Source: Chiloscyllium plagiosum (lineage: Eukaryota). From it: a stretch of DNA of 64,000 nt. The notes under the pieces were generated by a model. The model was given only the letters and a program-made list of their open reading frames with translations, had not been told where the DNA came from and ran no database searches. Of this stretch, positions 63,790 through 64,000 are shown in pieces (within the stretch, counting starts at the first letter, position 1; the number at the start of each line of letters is the position of its first letter). Position numbers and translations under genes: made by a program. Location: the NCBI RefSeq assembly GCF_004010195.1, contig NC_057719.1, positions 27,137,623 through 27,201,622 of the forward strand. The letters are read 5' to 3'.

Positions 63790-64000
63790 AGGATAGTGGA
63801 TGCCTGGAACACGTTGCCAGCGGAGGTGGTAGAGGTAGGCACGATAGCATCATTTAAGGTGTATCTAGACATGAATGGGCAGGGAGCAGAGGGGTACAGA
63901 TCCTTAGAAAATAGATGACAGATTTAGATAGAGGATCTGGATCAGCACAGGCTTGGAGGGCTGAAGGGCCTGTTCCTGGGCTGTAAATTTCTTTGTTCTT
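63790..64000 (+). mobile_element. CR1 3' end fragment
   Basis: gcctggaacacgttgccagcggaggtggtagagg..ggagggctgaagggcctgttcctg. Confidence 0.8.

Overview
Eukaryotic genomic DNA from a cartilaginous fish. HE1-type SINEs, a Deu-domain SINE and abundant CR1 LINEs point to an elasmobranch, probably a shark (inference). The only host coding sequence I can support is the terminal exon of the voltage-gated K+ channel KCNH5 (Eag2/Kv10.2) at 29561-30499 (+). It is preceded by a >29 kb intron and followed by a candidate 3'UTR of up to ~10 kb (triple AATAAA at 40669-40748). The rest is mostly nested, decayed retroelements: CR1 LINEs, SINEs, a solo LTR and about 13 Penelope-like (PLE) insertions. The most notable signal is in the PLEs. 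One near-full-length Neptune-type PLE (RT + Cys motif + GIY-YIG, 51742-55380) is accompanied by a dozen short (~90-650 bp), mostly TSD-flanked derivatives from at least four sub-families. Their ~130-nt terminal unit carries a minimal type I hammerhead ribozyme motif (CUGANGA-A-helix II-GAAAC-GUH) with compensatory helix variation and a conserved downstream stem. Most copies begin or invert right at the ribozyme core, and many form fold-back palindromes. All identifications are by eye, without database searches.
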